Assembly: GCA_017481725.1 (NCBI GenBank)
Contig: JAFUOX010000051.1
Span: 7,638 to 71,637, forward strand
Origin: Kiritimatiellia bacterium
Lineage (GTDB): Bacteria > Verrucomicrobiota > Kiritimatiellia > RFP12 > UBA3636
Reading direction: 5' to 3'
DNA length: 64,000 nucleotides
The notes below the pieces were generated by a model. That model worked only from the letters and a program-made list of their open reading frames with translations. It was not told the origin of the DNA and ran no database searches. The number at the start of each line of letters is the position of its first letter. Position 1 is the stretch's first letter. Made by a program: the position numbers and the translations under genes. Shown one piece after another: positions 10,642 to 20,347 of this stretch.

Positions 10642-12756
10642 TTAATTTTCTTTACTATAAAAACATTTTACACAATATGGTGGCAATACAATCTTTCCAA
10701 AGCATGCTTCTTCAGCAAGAATATCATATTGCTCTGTAGGAAGGACCATTTCCGCAGGAGTTGACTTGTAGTTGATCACAAATACATAGCGTTCACCATC
10801 TCCCTCACGAACCTGAGCTGTGACTCCATATGGTAGCTCAACTCCAGGCAAACAGCTTTCGATACCTAGCTCTACAACCAAATCCGCATAGAAACTAAAC
10901 AGCAAATCCTGTGTCTTACCCTCAGCACCAATATACCACGCCTTACCCTTACCAAAGCCATTACATGTAACAGCAGGCTGAGCATCATAGTAATCTCCGT
11001 TTGCATATCGAGCAACAGTTGTTGCAGATTCTGCATGAATTACCTCACAAACGTGAGCTAGCTCAAAATCACCTTTGAATTTATTTTTACCTGTTGCTGT
11101 AAGCTTACTTACCTCATGATCGTAAAGATAATCTATCTCTTCAGCCCAAATACCAAAGAGGTCACGCATATTTCCTGGCAAGCCACCCATATAAACTAGG
11201 TCTGTTTCATTAACAACGCCAGTTAAATATGTTGCAACAAGAGTGCCACCTGCTGAAACATAATCCTTAAAGCGTTGAACAAGGGTCTCACTTACCATAT
11301 AAAGAGTTGGTGCAATTACAAGCGTATATTTGCTTAAATCACTTTCTGGGCCAACCATATCAACAGGAATACCATTCTGCCAAAAATATTCATAATGCTT
11401 CTTAACTGTAGCAAAATATTGTTTGCAATGATCAGATGGACCTGCTGAAGCATCAAGTGCCCAGCGTGAATTCCAATCATACATAATTGCCACCTTTGCT
11501 GGTGTGTGGCAGCCCACAACACCCTCTAGCTTCTTCAAATCCTTTGAAAGTTCAGATATCTCCTTAAACATTCTTCCTTCAGGATTTTCAGAGTGATCAA
11601 TTACGGCACCATGGAATTTTTCAGATGCACCACGCCCCTTACGAAGCTGGAAATAACAAACCGTATCAGAGCCATGTGCAATTGCTTGAAGAGATTTCAT
11701 TCTATGGACACCAGGGCGGAGCTGTCTATTGATAACACCCCAATTTGTAGGACCTGGGCAAGACTCCATAAGAATAAATGGCTTTCCTCCCTTTAGTGAG
11801 CGGAATAAATCATGATGCAAAGAAAAATGTATTGCCAATGCCCTATTATCTACTGCTGGCTCATGATACTGTGGATAAGCATCCCAGCTTGCCACATCCA
11901 GCTCTGGAGCCCATTTCCAGAAGTCTAAATCATAGAATGGACCTTCCATAAAATTTGTTGTAACAGGAATATCTGGTGTGATTGCCTTTAAAGCAGCAAC
12001 TTCTGCCTTATAAAAATCCATTACTTGCTCAGATTTAAAGCGGTGGAAATCAACTCTCATTGAGCAAATAGAAACATCTATTGCATCTATTTCCTCCCAA
12101 TCTGAAAAGGTATGGCTCCAGAATGGTGTCCACCAACTGTGATTGAGATTATCTAGGGTCTTATATTTTTTCTTGAGCCATTCTCTAAATGCGGCACGAC
12201 ACAAATCGCATTCGCAGGCTGCGTTATACTCATTTGAAATATGCCAAAATGCTAGCATTGGGTGTTTACCATAACGCTCTGCAAGCTTTGTATTAATTAT
12301 ACGGCATTTTTCGCGATAAATTGGTGAGGTTGGGCAATGATTATGGCGGCCGCCCTGCTTCATACGTACAGGTGGGATAAGAGAGCGATGAACCAACCAA
12401 TCTGCACCCAAGCTATGACCAGGAATCATCATTCTATTTATCTCAGGATATTTCTTTGACATCCATGCTGGCTTTGCACCTGATGGTGTTGCCAATATCA
12501 CATAACGACCAGTCTTCTCAGCACGCTCAAATAGCTCATCAAGCATAGAAAAGTCAAATTCACCCTCACGAGGCTCCAATGTGGCCCAAGAAAAGATACC
12601 CACTGTCATTGAATTAATGCCAGCTTTATCAAACATGGCAAAATCCTTGTCTAAAATACCAGGAACATTTAGCCATTGATCTGGATTGTAATCTCCACCA
12701 TGAAGAATGTGCTTAAATTTATTGGATAAATATTCTTTTCTCATGTCAAACCTCAA
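10642..12756 (-). CDS. Beta-galactosidase, glycoside hydrolase family 42
   Basis: 704 aa. N-terminal GGDYNPDQW, acid/base region WHISNEY, and the typical GH42 length and trimerisation-domain architecture. Confidence 0.9.
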   Translation of the reverse strand: MRFDMRKEYLSNKFKHILHGGDYNPDQWLNVPGILDKDFAMFDKAGINSMTVGIFSWATLEPREGEFDFSMLDELFERAEKTGRYVILATPSGAKPAWMSKKYPEINRMMIPGHSLGADWLVHRSLIPPVRMKQGGRHNHCPTSPIYREKCRIINTKLAERYGKHPMLAFWHISNEYNAACECDLCRAAFREWLKKKYKTLDNLNHSWWTPFWSHTFSDWEEIDAIDVSICSMRVDFHRFKSEQVMDFYKAEVAALKAITPDIPVTTNFMEGPFYDLDFWKWAPELDVASWDAYPQYHEPAVDNRALAIHFSLHHDLFRSLKGGKPFILMESCPGPTNWGVINRQLRPGVHRMKSLQAIAHGSDTVCYFQLRKGRGASEKFHGAVIDHSENPEGRMFKEISELSKDLKKLEGVVGCHTPAKVAIMYDWNSRWALDASAGPSDHCKQYFATVKKHYEYFWQNGIPVDMVGPESDLSKYTLVIAPTLYMVSETLVQRFKDYVSAGGTLVATYLTGVVNETDLVYMGGLPGNMRDLFGIWAEEIDYLYDHEVSKLTATGKNKFKGDFELAHVCEVIHAESATTVARYANGDYYDAQPAVTCNGFGKGKAWYIGAEGKTQDLLFSFYADLVVELGIESCLPGVELPYGVTAQVREGDGERYVFVINYKSTPAEMVLPTEQYDILAEEACFGKIVLPPYCVKCFYSKEN

Positions 12757-12788
12757 TATTTTTTTATAAATTTACAATACAAATGGTG

Positions 12789-14612
12789 TTAATATAGTTT
12801 TGCTTCAAGAAGAGTTTTTGCAAATTCTTCACTTACAACAAATAGCTCTTCCCCACCCTTTATGCGAAGATAATAATCGCCTGTTGGAAGCTGCTTACCA
12901 ATTTGAATGATTACCGTAGGCATACCGTTTGGTAATTTTTCTATATCACTTGAAAAAACAATTAGAGCCTCTACTTGAGGTATATCAAATCCATATTTAT
13001 TAATGTCAGTTACAAAAAGCTTTGCAACCCATTCTGCCTTTAGTGTTGATATTTGATTGATAATAGAAATAATTGTTTCAGAAGCGACACTTCCATTTAC
13101 ATAATCACGAGAACGCCAATCTCCAGATGGTGTATAATATGCACTTTGAGAGGAATTTCCTTTTATCAATGAGAACTCTTGTACCTTTGTTGGTTCGAAA
13201 TTAAATATCTCATGGCTACGGAAGGATGCAGCAAAATTCTTATCTAAAAAACCTTGAGGTAAAACATTTGGGGATACCTTCGTAATAAAAGAAGAGGTTG
13301 TTGCCTTTAGATAAACATTTGTAGGATGTGTGGCACTGTCATAATAGAAATTCAGTTGCGTCGCTTTCTCATTTCTATCAGTAAATATTAGTTCAATATA
13401 TGAAGAGGGCAAAGATATATTATCTGGAGCAATTCCACTATCTGTTATCTGAGACAGGCTCGAAACAAAGCTCTCGGCAGCACCAATCTCAACAGGTTGC
13501 TTTGATGGAATTGATAGTTCCCACTCACCTACATCATTAAGAGTTAGAAGACAAAATTCATTGCCATTTTTATATGAAAAACTTGCGATATTATGTATTG
13601 GGATAGTAAATATGCTATGATTTCTCATAGTTTCATAGCCCATTAAAAATGGAGCTATCGTGGTTTGGTCTAGTGTAAACACAGAATTATCTATTGTTGA
13701 AAATGCATAAACAAGACCAGAATCATTTGGTAGAGCCCTGCCAATGCGTATTTCTACAGGTTCTGATTTACCCATCATCCACAACCGGATTATAGATGGT
13801 GCATCCTTTATATCTAACCCATATGGAGAAACATAATCAGAAATTGTTTTCTTTGAAACAATATTTCCAATTGGGTGCCATACAAAGGAATTAATAGAAG
13901 AAAATCCTAAGCTTTGAATTAAAGAATCTATAGCCATAGAAGCTGGTGCACGAACTGGAGAAATCATCTCCCACTCACCACTTGCCACTTCCTTCTCTAC
14001 AACAAAAGAATTCTCTTCTCCTGAAATGATTTCTACCTTGTTAATAAGGGATACAGAATGAGGGAAAAGTGTCTTATCTCGGATATCATCAATGTTAAGT
14101 GGAATTATATCACGTAGTACACCTGAGACGATATAAACCTCAGAGGATGTATCTGCTTTAACAAAAACAGTATCTTCATATGGTGCATCATCTCCAATGA
14201 TGATTGACACCTTATCCTTACCTCTTTTGAGAATTAATTCGGTATTATATTTTTCTAGTCCAAAATCATCCAGAGTAAGCTCTCTTCTTTCACGCTGACG
14301 CTTAGTTATACGCTCTCGGATAGAATCCCCAATCAAGGCATTAAACAACAATGAAATTCTATCTGCATTCGCTCTAACCAAATAACCATCGTCTACATAC
14401 CAGATACCTGACTTTTTAACGCATTTTATTTCCTCTTGCGTTTCTGGAAATTTGATTATAATTTCATCTGTATCCAATCTATTATATGGGAGAAGCGATG
14501 AACGTACTGAACGAACATCTCCTTGAGGAAAATATTTAACTGTAAAAACTGTCATTATTACAGCACATACACAAAAAATAAAAAGCCAAAATGGTGTACG
14601 CCAACTAAGCAT
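12789..14612 (-). CDS. Membrane-anchored protein of unknown function (possibly DUF4340-like)
   Basis: The ORF extends to 14675 but overlaps lspA by 71 nt. The internal Met (MLSWRTPFWLFIFCVCAVIMTVF, a TM helix) at 14612 is the more plausible start. No catalytic motif recognised. Confidence 0.4.
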   Translation of the reverse strand: MLSWRTPFWLFIFCVCAVIMTVFTVKYFPQGDVRSVRSSLLPYNRLDTDEIIIKFPETQEEIKCVKKSGIWYVDDGYLVRANADRISLLFNALIGDSIRERITKRQRERRELTLDDFGLEKYNTELILKRGKDKVSIIIGDDAPYEDTVFVKADTSSEVYIVSGVLRDIIPLNIDDIRDKTLFPHSVSLINKVEIISGEENSFVVEKEVASGEWEMISPVRAPASMAIDSLIQSLGFSSINSFVWHPIGNIVSKKTISDYVSPYGLDIKDAPSIIRLWMMGKSEPVEIRIGRALPNDSGLVYAFSTIDNSVFTLDQTTIAPFLMGYETMRNHSIFTIPIHNIASFSYKNGNEFCLLTLNDVGEWELSIPSKQPVEIGAAESFVSSLSQITDSGIAPDNISLPSSYIELIFTDRNEKATQLNFYYDSATHPTNVYLKATTSSFITKVSPNVLPQGFLDKNFAASFRSHEIFNFEPTKVQEFSLIKGNSSQSAYYTPSGDWRSRDYVNGSVASETIISIINQISTLKAEWVAKLFVTDINKYGFDIPQVEALIVFSSDIEKLPNGMPTVIIQIGKQLPTGDYYLRIKGGEELFVVSEEFAKTLLEAKLY

Positions 14613-15117
14613 TGTCTGAGCCTTCCGTAGAAGCTTTATCATTTGATTCTTGTTTGTCTTTTTTTGTTGAAACAAGGATACTTATCAAATAAAGAAAAAC
14701 ACTAACACAAATAGCAGAATCTGCTACATTAAAAGCAGGGAAATGAGATGTCTTCCAATAGAAATCAAGAAAATCTATAACATATCCTTGGACAACTCGG
14801 TCTATTAAATTACCAAACATACCGCCAAGGAAAAGTCCCACAAACAGTTTTTCAAGCAAGCTCCCTTTTACTATTTCCTTGCGAGACAACCACATAACAA
14901 CACAAACAACTATAGGCAACAATACAAGCAATAGGCGCTGCCCAGAAAGCATTCCCCAAGCTGCGCCATAATTATGAACCAAACAAATATTAAAAAGGTC
15001 TGGAACTATTGGTATAGATTCATGTAACTCCAACAATCTTGTTACTGCAAGCTTAGTAATCTGATCAATTATAATTACCAAGCTTGCTATTATTGGAATA
15101 ATTTTTGGGAAACTCAT
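14605..15117 (-). CDS. lspA: Lipoprotein signal peptidase (signal peptidase II)
   Basis: 170 aa, 4 TM. Motifs NYGAAWG and FNVADSAI. Confidence 0.9.
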   Translation of the reverse strand: MSFPKIIPIIASLVIIIDQITKLAVTRLLELHESIPIVPDLFNICLVHNYGAAWGMLSGQRLLLVLLPIVVCVVMWLSRKEIVKGSLLEKLFVGLFLGGMFGNLIDRVVQGYVIDFLDFYWKTSHFPAFNVADSAICVSVFLYLISILVSTKKDKQESNDKASTEGSDNA

Positions 15118-15135
15118 TAAAGCACAACCTCATAT

Positions 15136-16314
15136 TTAATTTTGAGAAATATTTGCATCTCGCTTTTTAGCACATTCAATACAAAGAGTAGCTGATGGAT
15201 TTGCTTGAAGGCGCTCTAGACGAATTCTATTGCCACATTGGCAAATACCATAGGTTCCATCTGAAAGTCTACGTAATGCTGCTCGTATGGCTTGCATCTC
15301 ACTTTCAATTTGAGTTGCTTGCCTTAACTCGGTTTCACGAGTATTTGCATCACTACCATCTTCAATTTGATTTACTTCATCGGCACGTTCGAGAGATTGT
15401 TTGCGTAGAGTTCTAACAAGAACCTTTTTTTGTTCATACTCGTTCTCTAGCATTTTTTTAAGCTCACGAGTTTCACCTTTTGTAAGTCTATGTGGTTTTT
15501 TTAATGTTGCCGAAGAGGTTTGAGAAGAAGCACCAACTATTGGAGGCAAAACTAGATTTTTTGGCACTTCAGCAACTTTAGGTGTTGGTGGAGCACTTAT
15601 GGTTTCTGCAGGTTTAGCCTTTTCTCCAGAGACTTTAGTCTTCTTGGCTGGTTCCTTCTTGGCTGGAGCAGCTGGCTTAGCTGGTGCTGCCTTCTTGGCT
15701 GGCTCCTTCTTAGCTGGAGCAACTGGCTTAGCTGGTACTACCTTCTTGGCTGGTTCCTTCTTGGATGGAGCTGCTGGCTTAGCTGGTGCTGCTTTCTTAG
15801 CTGGTTCCTTCTTGGATGGAGCAGCTGGCTTAGCTGGTACTGCCTTCTTAGCTGGCTCCTTCTTGGCTGGAGCAACTGGCTTAGCTGGTGCTGCCTTCTT
15901 GGCTGGTTCCTTCTTTGTTGGAGCTGATGGCTTAACTGGTGCTGCCTTCTTGGCTGGCTCCTTCTTGGCTGGCTCCTTCTTGGCTGGAGCTGATGGCTTA
16001 GATGTAGACTTTATTACAGCCTTTGAAACCTTTCCTTGAATTGAAGAAAGCTTGCCTTTTTTTTGTATAACAGAAGGTAAAACCTTACTTACGGAAGAAG
16101 CAATTGCCTTTTTATCTTCCTTATTTGCAATAGCTTTTGCATTAGGCTTAACATCCTTTTTCAATGTTGATGCCTTTTTATTACTACTTGCTACAACCTT
16201 TGGCTTTGTGGCGTCCTTTGATTTCATATTTTTTTGAGTAGAGACCTTTACCTTCTCTTCCTTTGAAATATTAACCTTAGTAGCTTTCTTCTTTGTTGCC
16301 ATAATTATCTCCAT
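15136..16314 (-). CDS. DksA/TraR-family C4 zinc-finger protein with a long Lys/Ala/Pro-rich (histone H1-like) N-terminal repeat region
   Basis: The C-terminus has a coiled coil plus CQCGNRIRLERLQANPSATLCIECAKKR (DksA/TraR zinc finger). The N-terminal ~230 aa is K/A/P-rich with six 17-aa KKEPAKKAAPAKPAAPA units. Confidence 0.8.
   Translation of the reverse strand: MEIIMATKKKATKVNISKEEKVKVSTQKNMKSKDATKPKVVASSNKKASTLKKDVKPNAKAIANKEDKKAIASSVSKVLPSVIQKKGKLSSIQGKVSKAVIKSTSKPSAPAKKEPAKKEPAKKAAPVKPSAPTKKEPAKKAAPAKPVAPAKKEPAKKAVPAKPAAPSKKEPAKKAAPAKPAAPSKKEPAKKVVPAKPVAPAKKEPAKKAAPAKPAAPAKKEPAKKTKVSGEKAKPAETISAPPTPKVAEVPKNLVLPPIVGASSQTSSATLKKPHRLTKGETRELKKMLENEYEQKKVLVRTLRKQSLERADEVNQIEDGSDANTRETELRQATQIESEMQAIRAALRRLSDGTYGICQCGNRIRLERLQANPSATLCIECAKKRDANISQN
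15640..15990 (-). repeat. 51-bp in-frame tandem repeat (about 6 full units plus partial units) encoding KKEPAKKAAPAKPxAPx
   Basis: On the plus strand the unit ggctggagcagctggcttagctggtgctgccttcttggctggctccttctt recurs with few substitutions. This produces the antisense FLAGSFLAGAAGLAGAA shadow ORF. Confidence 0.85.
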
Positions 16315-16419
16315 TTTTAATTTTATGGACTATATATTAGCAAAAAACCTAAAAAAAAACAACATATATATGCTTGCACTAGGATATTTTAGCAAAGAAA
16401 TGTGGCTGTTTTTCTTGGA

Positions 16420-17802
16420 TTAATGTTGAATTAGTTGAATATCCTTCCACTTTTCATTATGCCAGCGAACCATAAAAATAATTCCAAGCACTGCAATATA
16501 TACAGCCATCCATATCCAGCACCAAACAATTCCAAGATTATAATGGAAAATCAACACCTCACCGGGCATCCAAAAAGCCCATGCAAAAATAAGCAATATT
16601 GCCATAACAAATTTTGTATCACCCACTCCTTTGAGGCTTCCGATAAAAATAATATTTGCTGTATCGAATATACCCCAAATTGCCATAATTAGCATTAGCT
16701 GCCTACCAATTCCAACAAGCTCTTCAAGTGTGAATTCGCAATCAAGAGGCATAAAAAGACTCATTAAGGTGCGTGGGAAAATCACAAAAACAACAAACAT
16801 TATCATCATATAGAACAAGCCAAGTCGTAAACCAGACCAGCCTGACTTCTTTGCTATTTTGTCGTTTCCTGCCCCTTTATGCTGTGCAACAACAATAGAA
16901 GTGGCATGACCGAAGCTAAGTAACGGTGAAAACGCAAGATTATTAAGACTAAATGCAACATTACTTGCTACAGCCTGAACAGCTGGTAATGTGGCAACCA
17001 TTAATAGAAAAACAGAAAAACAACCATTATCGAAGAACATTTGAAAGCCAGATGGTGCACCAAATCTAAGTAAGCTTTTGAAAGCAGCTGGTCGAAATTT
17101 AAAAACCTCACGCCATCCAAGCTCACGAACAAGCTTATCCCTAAGCATCCACACAAACTGTATTATGCATGGAATTGTGGTTGACATAACGGTAGCAACT
17201 GCAGCACCACGAATACCTGTCCAATACTCTGGGATACCACATTTGCCAAAAATAAAGATGTAATCGAGAACAATATTTGCCACACAACCAATCACCTGTG
17301 CAATTACGTTCGGTTTAAGCCGATTTTGCCCTGTAAAATACCCACCAAGGGCAAAATTAAGTCCAACAAAAACACCACTAAGCATCATCCAGCGAAAATA
17401 TATTTTAAATGCATTCATTAGCTCTGGGCCATAATTGAACTTATGAATTAGCATTTCACCGAAAGGTATCATTAAAAGATATATTGGCAAGCCCAATACT
17501 GCAAGCCACATGCCCTGAACTGCAGAATACACACAATTTTCTTTTCTACCGGCACCAAAATTCTGTGCAACAAAGGTTGAGGAGTATTGAACCACAAACG
17601 TAATGATACTGAGCATTGTAAAAGATAAAACAGCACTCGGCATTGATGCGTTAATTGCAACCTCGCTATGCTTAGCCAAAAACCAACGATCAGAGAACTG
17701 CATTATAGTATATGCTGAACCATTAATAATAAGAGGCAATGCTATGGCTAAAACCTCACCGACACTGCCTGGCTTATGTTCCTTTTTCTTGAATAATTTC
17801 AT
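16420..17802 (-). CDS. MATE family efflux transporter
   Basis: 460 aa, about 12 TM. N-terminal ALPLIINGSAYTIMQFSDRWFLAKHS is typical of MATE/NorM proteins. Confidence 0.85.
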   Translation of the reverse strand: MKLFKKKEHKPGSVGEVLAIALPLIINGSAYTIMQFSDRWFLAKHSEVAINASMPSAVLSFTMLSIITFVVQYSSTFVAQNFGAGRKENCVYSAVQGMWLAVLGLPIYLLMIPFGEMLIHKFNYGPELMNAFKIYFRWMMLSGVFVGLNFALGGYFTGQNRLKPNVIAQVIGCVANIVLDYIFIFGKCGIPEYWTGIRGAAVATVMSTTIPCIIQFVWMLRDKLVRELGWREVFKFRPAAFKSLLRFGAPSGFQMFFDNGCFSVFLLMVATLPAVQAVASNVAFSLNNLAFSPLLSFGHATSIVVAQHKGAGNDKIAKKSGWSGLRLGLFYMMIMFVVFVIFPRTLMSLFMPLDCEFTLEELVGIGRQLMLIMAIWGIFDTANIIFIGSLKGVGDTKFVMAILLIFAWAFWMPGEVLIFHYNLGIVWCWIWMAVYIAVLGIIFMVRWHNEKWKDIQLIQH

Positions 17803-17841
17803 ATAAAAACATTAAAATTTTAATTTAAACAAACTCATGTT

Positions 17842-18963
17842 CTAAACCATACGTCTAACCGCCCTAGAACCGATTGCACATAGAACCTCATATGGATGTG
17901 TCGCTTTTAGATTTGCCCAATCCTCTATCGTTATAGAATGATTACCTGAAGAGCCAATGCAAACAACCTCATCTCCAGCCTTCGCTGTTGGAATTTGCTC
18001 TAACGAAACCATTGTATAATCCATGCAAACTCTTCCTAGCACTGGACATAAAACACCATTTATTAGAAGGCTACCCCTATTGGATAAAGCCAATGGCAAT
18101 CCATCAGCATAACCAGCAGCTACTACACCTACAAGCATATCTCGCGGGCAAGTATAGGTGCGTCCATAACCTATTGATCTACCTGCCTTTACAAGCTTTA
18201 CCTGCCCCAATTGTGTCTTAATAGAAAGCACTGGCTTCAAATCAAGTGCGCGCTTTCCAACGACATCAAAGGAACCATACAAATTTATTCCTGTACGAAC
18301 ATGCGTAAATGGTGCTTTACAAGCCTCTGGAAGATTGTTTATAGCATCGCTATTGGCAATATGACGCCATGCAAGGTTTATATTATTAGCCTCAAGCACT
18401 GAAAGAACTTTCTTATAAAGCTCAATTTGTTGAAGGCTTCCTTCATCGCCATCATACGCTTGAGGAAAATGTGAAAACATACCAACAAGTTCAATATTCT
18501 CAAGCCTTGAACAGCGTAAAATATCTTCTTCACAGCTTAGTGCATCAAAGCCAACGCGGCTCATGCCTGTATCAAGAGCAATGTGGCAGAATGCCTTACA
18601 GCCTAAACGCTTTGCGATAGCATCATATTGCTCTGCCTGCTCATAATTACATAATGGAATATGAAAGCCTTTTTCTATGGCAGTTTCAAATTCGCAAGGA
18701 AGCAATGTCCCTAAAATAAGCTTTGTGCAAGGTAAATCCAAAATCGCCATACCCTCAGCAAGCTCAGCAACAGCAATCGCACTTGTCCCCTCTTGCACCA
18801 ATAGCTTTGCAATTGCCTCAACACCAAGTCCGTATGCATTGGCTTTTAGCACAGAAATTACTCCTAGAGGAGCAACCGCTGAACTAATCTTGTGATAATT
18901 CTCTTTCAAGATGTCCGACGAAATATCAACACAAACTCTTCCCTGCACCAAACCTGTAGACAT
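17842..18963 (-). CDS. alr: Alanine racemase
   Basis: 373 aa. PLP-lysine motif VLKANAYGLG and C-terminal CMDYTMV. Confidence 0.9.
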   Translation of the reverse strand: MSTGLVQGRVCVDISSDILKENYHKISSAVAPLGVISVLKANAYGLGVEAIAKLLVQEGTSAIAVAELAEGMAILDLPCTKLILGTLLPCEFETAIEKGFHIPLCNYEQAEQYDAIAKRLGCKAFCHIALDTGMSRVGFDALSCEEDILRCSRLENIELVGMFSHFPQAYDGDEGSLQQIELYKKVLSVLEANNINLAWRHIANSDAINNLPEACKAPFTHVRTGINLYGSFDVVGKRALDLKPVLSIKTQLGQVKLVKAGRSIGYGRTYTCPRDMLVGVVAAGYADGLPLALSNRGSLLINGVLCPVLGRVCMDYTMVSLEQIPTAKAGDEVVCIGSSGNHSITIEDWANLKATHPYEVLCAIGSRAVRRMV

Positions 18964-18977
18964 AAATCACCTAATAA

Positions 18978-20090
18978 TTAAAGTTTATTGATTTTTATAG
19001 AAACAATTTTACCTTCAGAAATAAAGCAATCGCTCTTCTCCTTTAGCTGAGCCTTCTCTTCCTCATTTATTGCCACAGACAAATTACGGACATTACGTAC
19101 AAACAGCACTGGATTGTTTGGCATTACCTCGGCTGTTTCTGAACGCTCAAAGCCATTAATTTCAAAAGCATCTGTTTGACCTTCGCAACAGATTAGAGGA
19201 TTCTCAGGACGCTCAGTTGAAGTAAAATGTGCTTTAAAATTATTAAATTTTACATTTTCAATGCAACCGATACCATCTGGTTTATCTTCTTCCTTAAAAA
19301 GAGGTGTGCGGCAATATCGGGCACCATCCATATTGATTGCATAACAGCGCACGCCCACTTCCATATTATCGATTGTGATATTACGGATTGGAGAGACAAC
19401 ACTCAACAGGCGCACTCCTGTGTGGCAATCCTCTGCATAAATATCCTTAAAATAGATATTTTCAATAGGACCGCAATCAAGATCAAGATTTTCAAGTCGA
19501 ACAATTGAATCGTCTGCATTCAAAGCAAGCATATCATCGTTTGTTTGTCCCTTACTTAAAGCACGGACATTTTCCACATAGCCATTATTTATGAAGCCAG
19601 CGAAATGCAATCCATCTTGATTAAAAGCAAGCTCATCACTCTGAAAGAAAATGTTACGAAAATCAAATGTATCAATTCTGCACAAACGCAAATTATAGAT
19701 AACAGAATTTGCAAAAACCATATTGCGTAGCTTTAGGTTCTTCACGCGAAAGAAATTCATAGTGGAGCCAGACCATGCATTCGGATTAAATAAATCAGGG
19801 TCTTTTGTGTTATATTTACCTTGATTATTACCATCCCAAATACCACCTTCGATGGTAATATTTTCGTTACCATTGATATGATCATCATTGTCTAAAAGAA
19901 AATCACCTCTATATTTTGGTGTATCACCACAAAGATATAGGCGAGCATTTTTATCCGCCATAATGTGGGTATTGCTATGTATTTTCAAGGTTGATGTAAT
20001 CCGATATATTCCCTCTGGGATAACCACCTCACCACATTTATCTAAAAGAGACTGAATATAAGCTGTTGCATCAGTATTTGCTGTATTCAT
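18978..20090 (-). CDS. Right-handed parallel beta-helix protein (pectate-lyase superfamily / GH28-like glycosidase), no signal peptide
   Basis: 370 aa. Repetitive beta-helix pattern with NQDGLHF and NDDMLALNADDS motifs resembling GH28 catalytic Asp clusters. Confidence 0.6.
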   Translation of the reverse strand: MNTANTDATAYIQSLLDKCGEVVIPEGIYRITSTLKIHSNTHIMADKNARLYLCGDTPKYRGDFLLDNDDHINGNENITIEGGIWDGNNQGKYNTKDPDLFNPNAWSGSTMNFFRVKNLKLRNMVFANSVIYNLRLCRIDTFDFRNIFFQSDELAFNQDGLHFAGFINNGYVENVRALSKGQTNDDMLALNADDSIVRLENLDLDCGPIENIYFKDIYAEDCHTGVRLLSVVSPIRNITIDNMEVGVRCYAINMDGARYCRTPLFKEEDKPDGIGCIENVKFNNFKAHFTSTERPENPLICCEGQTDAFEINGFERSETAEVMPNNPVLFVRNVRNLSVAINEEEKAQLKEKSDCFISEGKIVSIKINKL

Positions 20091-20197
20091 AAAAATCCTT
20101 ATTTTCTTAATTTATTGTGCAACATTGTACCATAAGCAAAAATATTTTAAAACAGGAAACCACTAAGAGTGGTAACATTCATAAACTTTATAACTTA

Positions 20198-20235
20198 CAA
20201 AAGTAAATGCACCTCTTTTGGTGCATTTACTTTTG
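20198..20235 (-). terminator. Rho-independent terminator downstream of the peptidase U32 gene
   Basis: Perfect inverted repeat caaaagtaaatgcacc-tctttt-ggtgcatttacttttg, with A/T runs built into both arms. Confidence 0.55.
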
Positions 20236-20347
20236 CATACTACAACACCAATAAACTGGGTACACTATATTTCTGTAAAACTTATGCCATCAAAAGATTT
20301 AGCCATTCAAGCAAATTAAAAGAAAGGTTTGTGCTTACTTTAATTTA

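Noticed and set aside
15599-16039. 146-aa plus-strand ORF with FLAGSFLAGAAGLAGAA repeats
   Set aside because: It is the antisense shadow of the 51-bp coding repeats in the DksA-like gene. It has no independent start context and lies entirely inside a well-supported minus-strand CDS.
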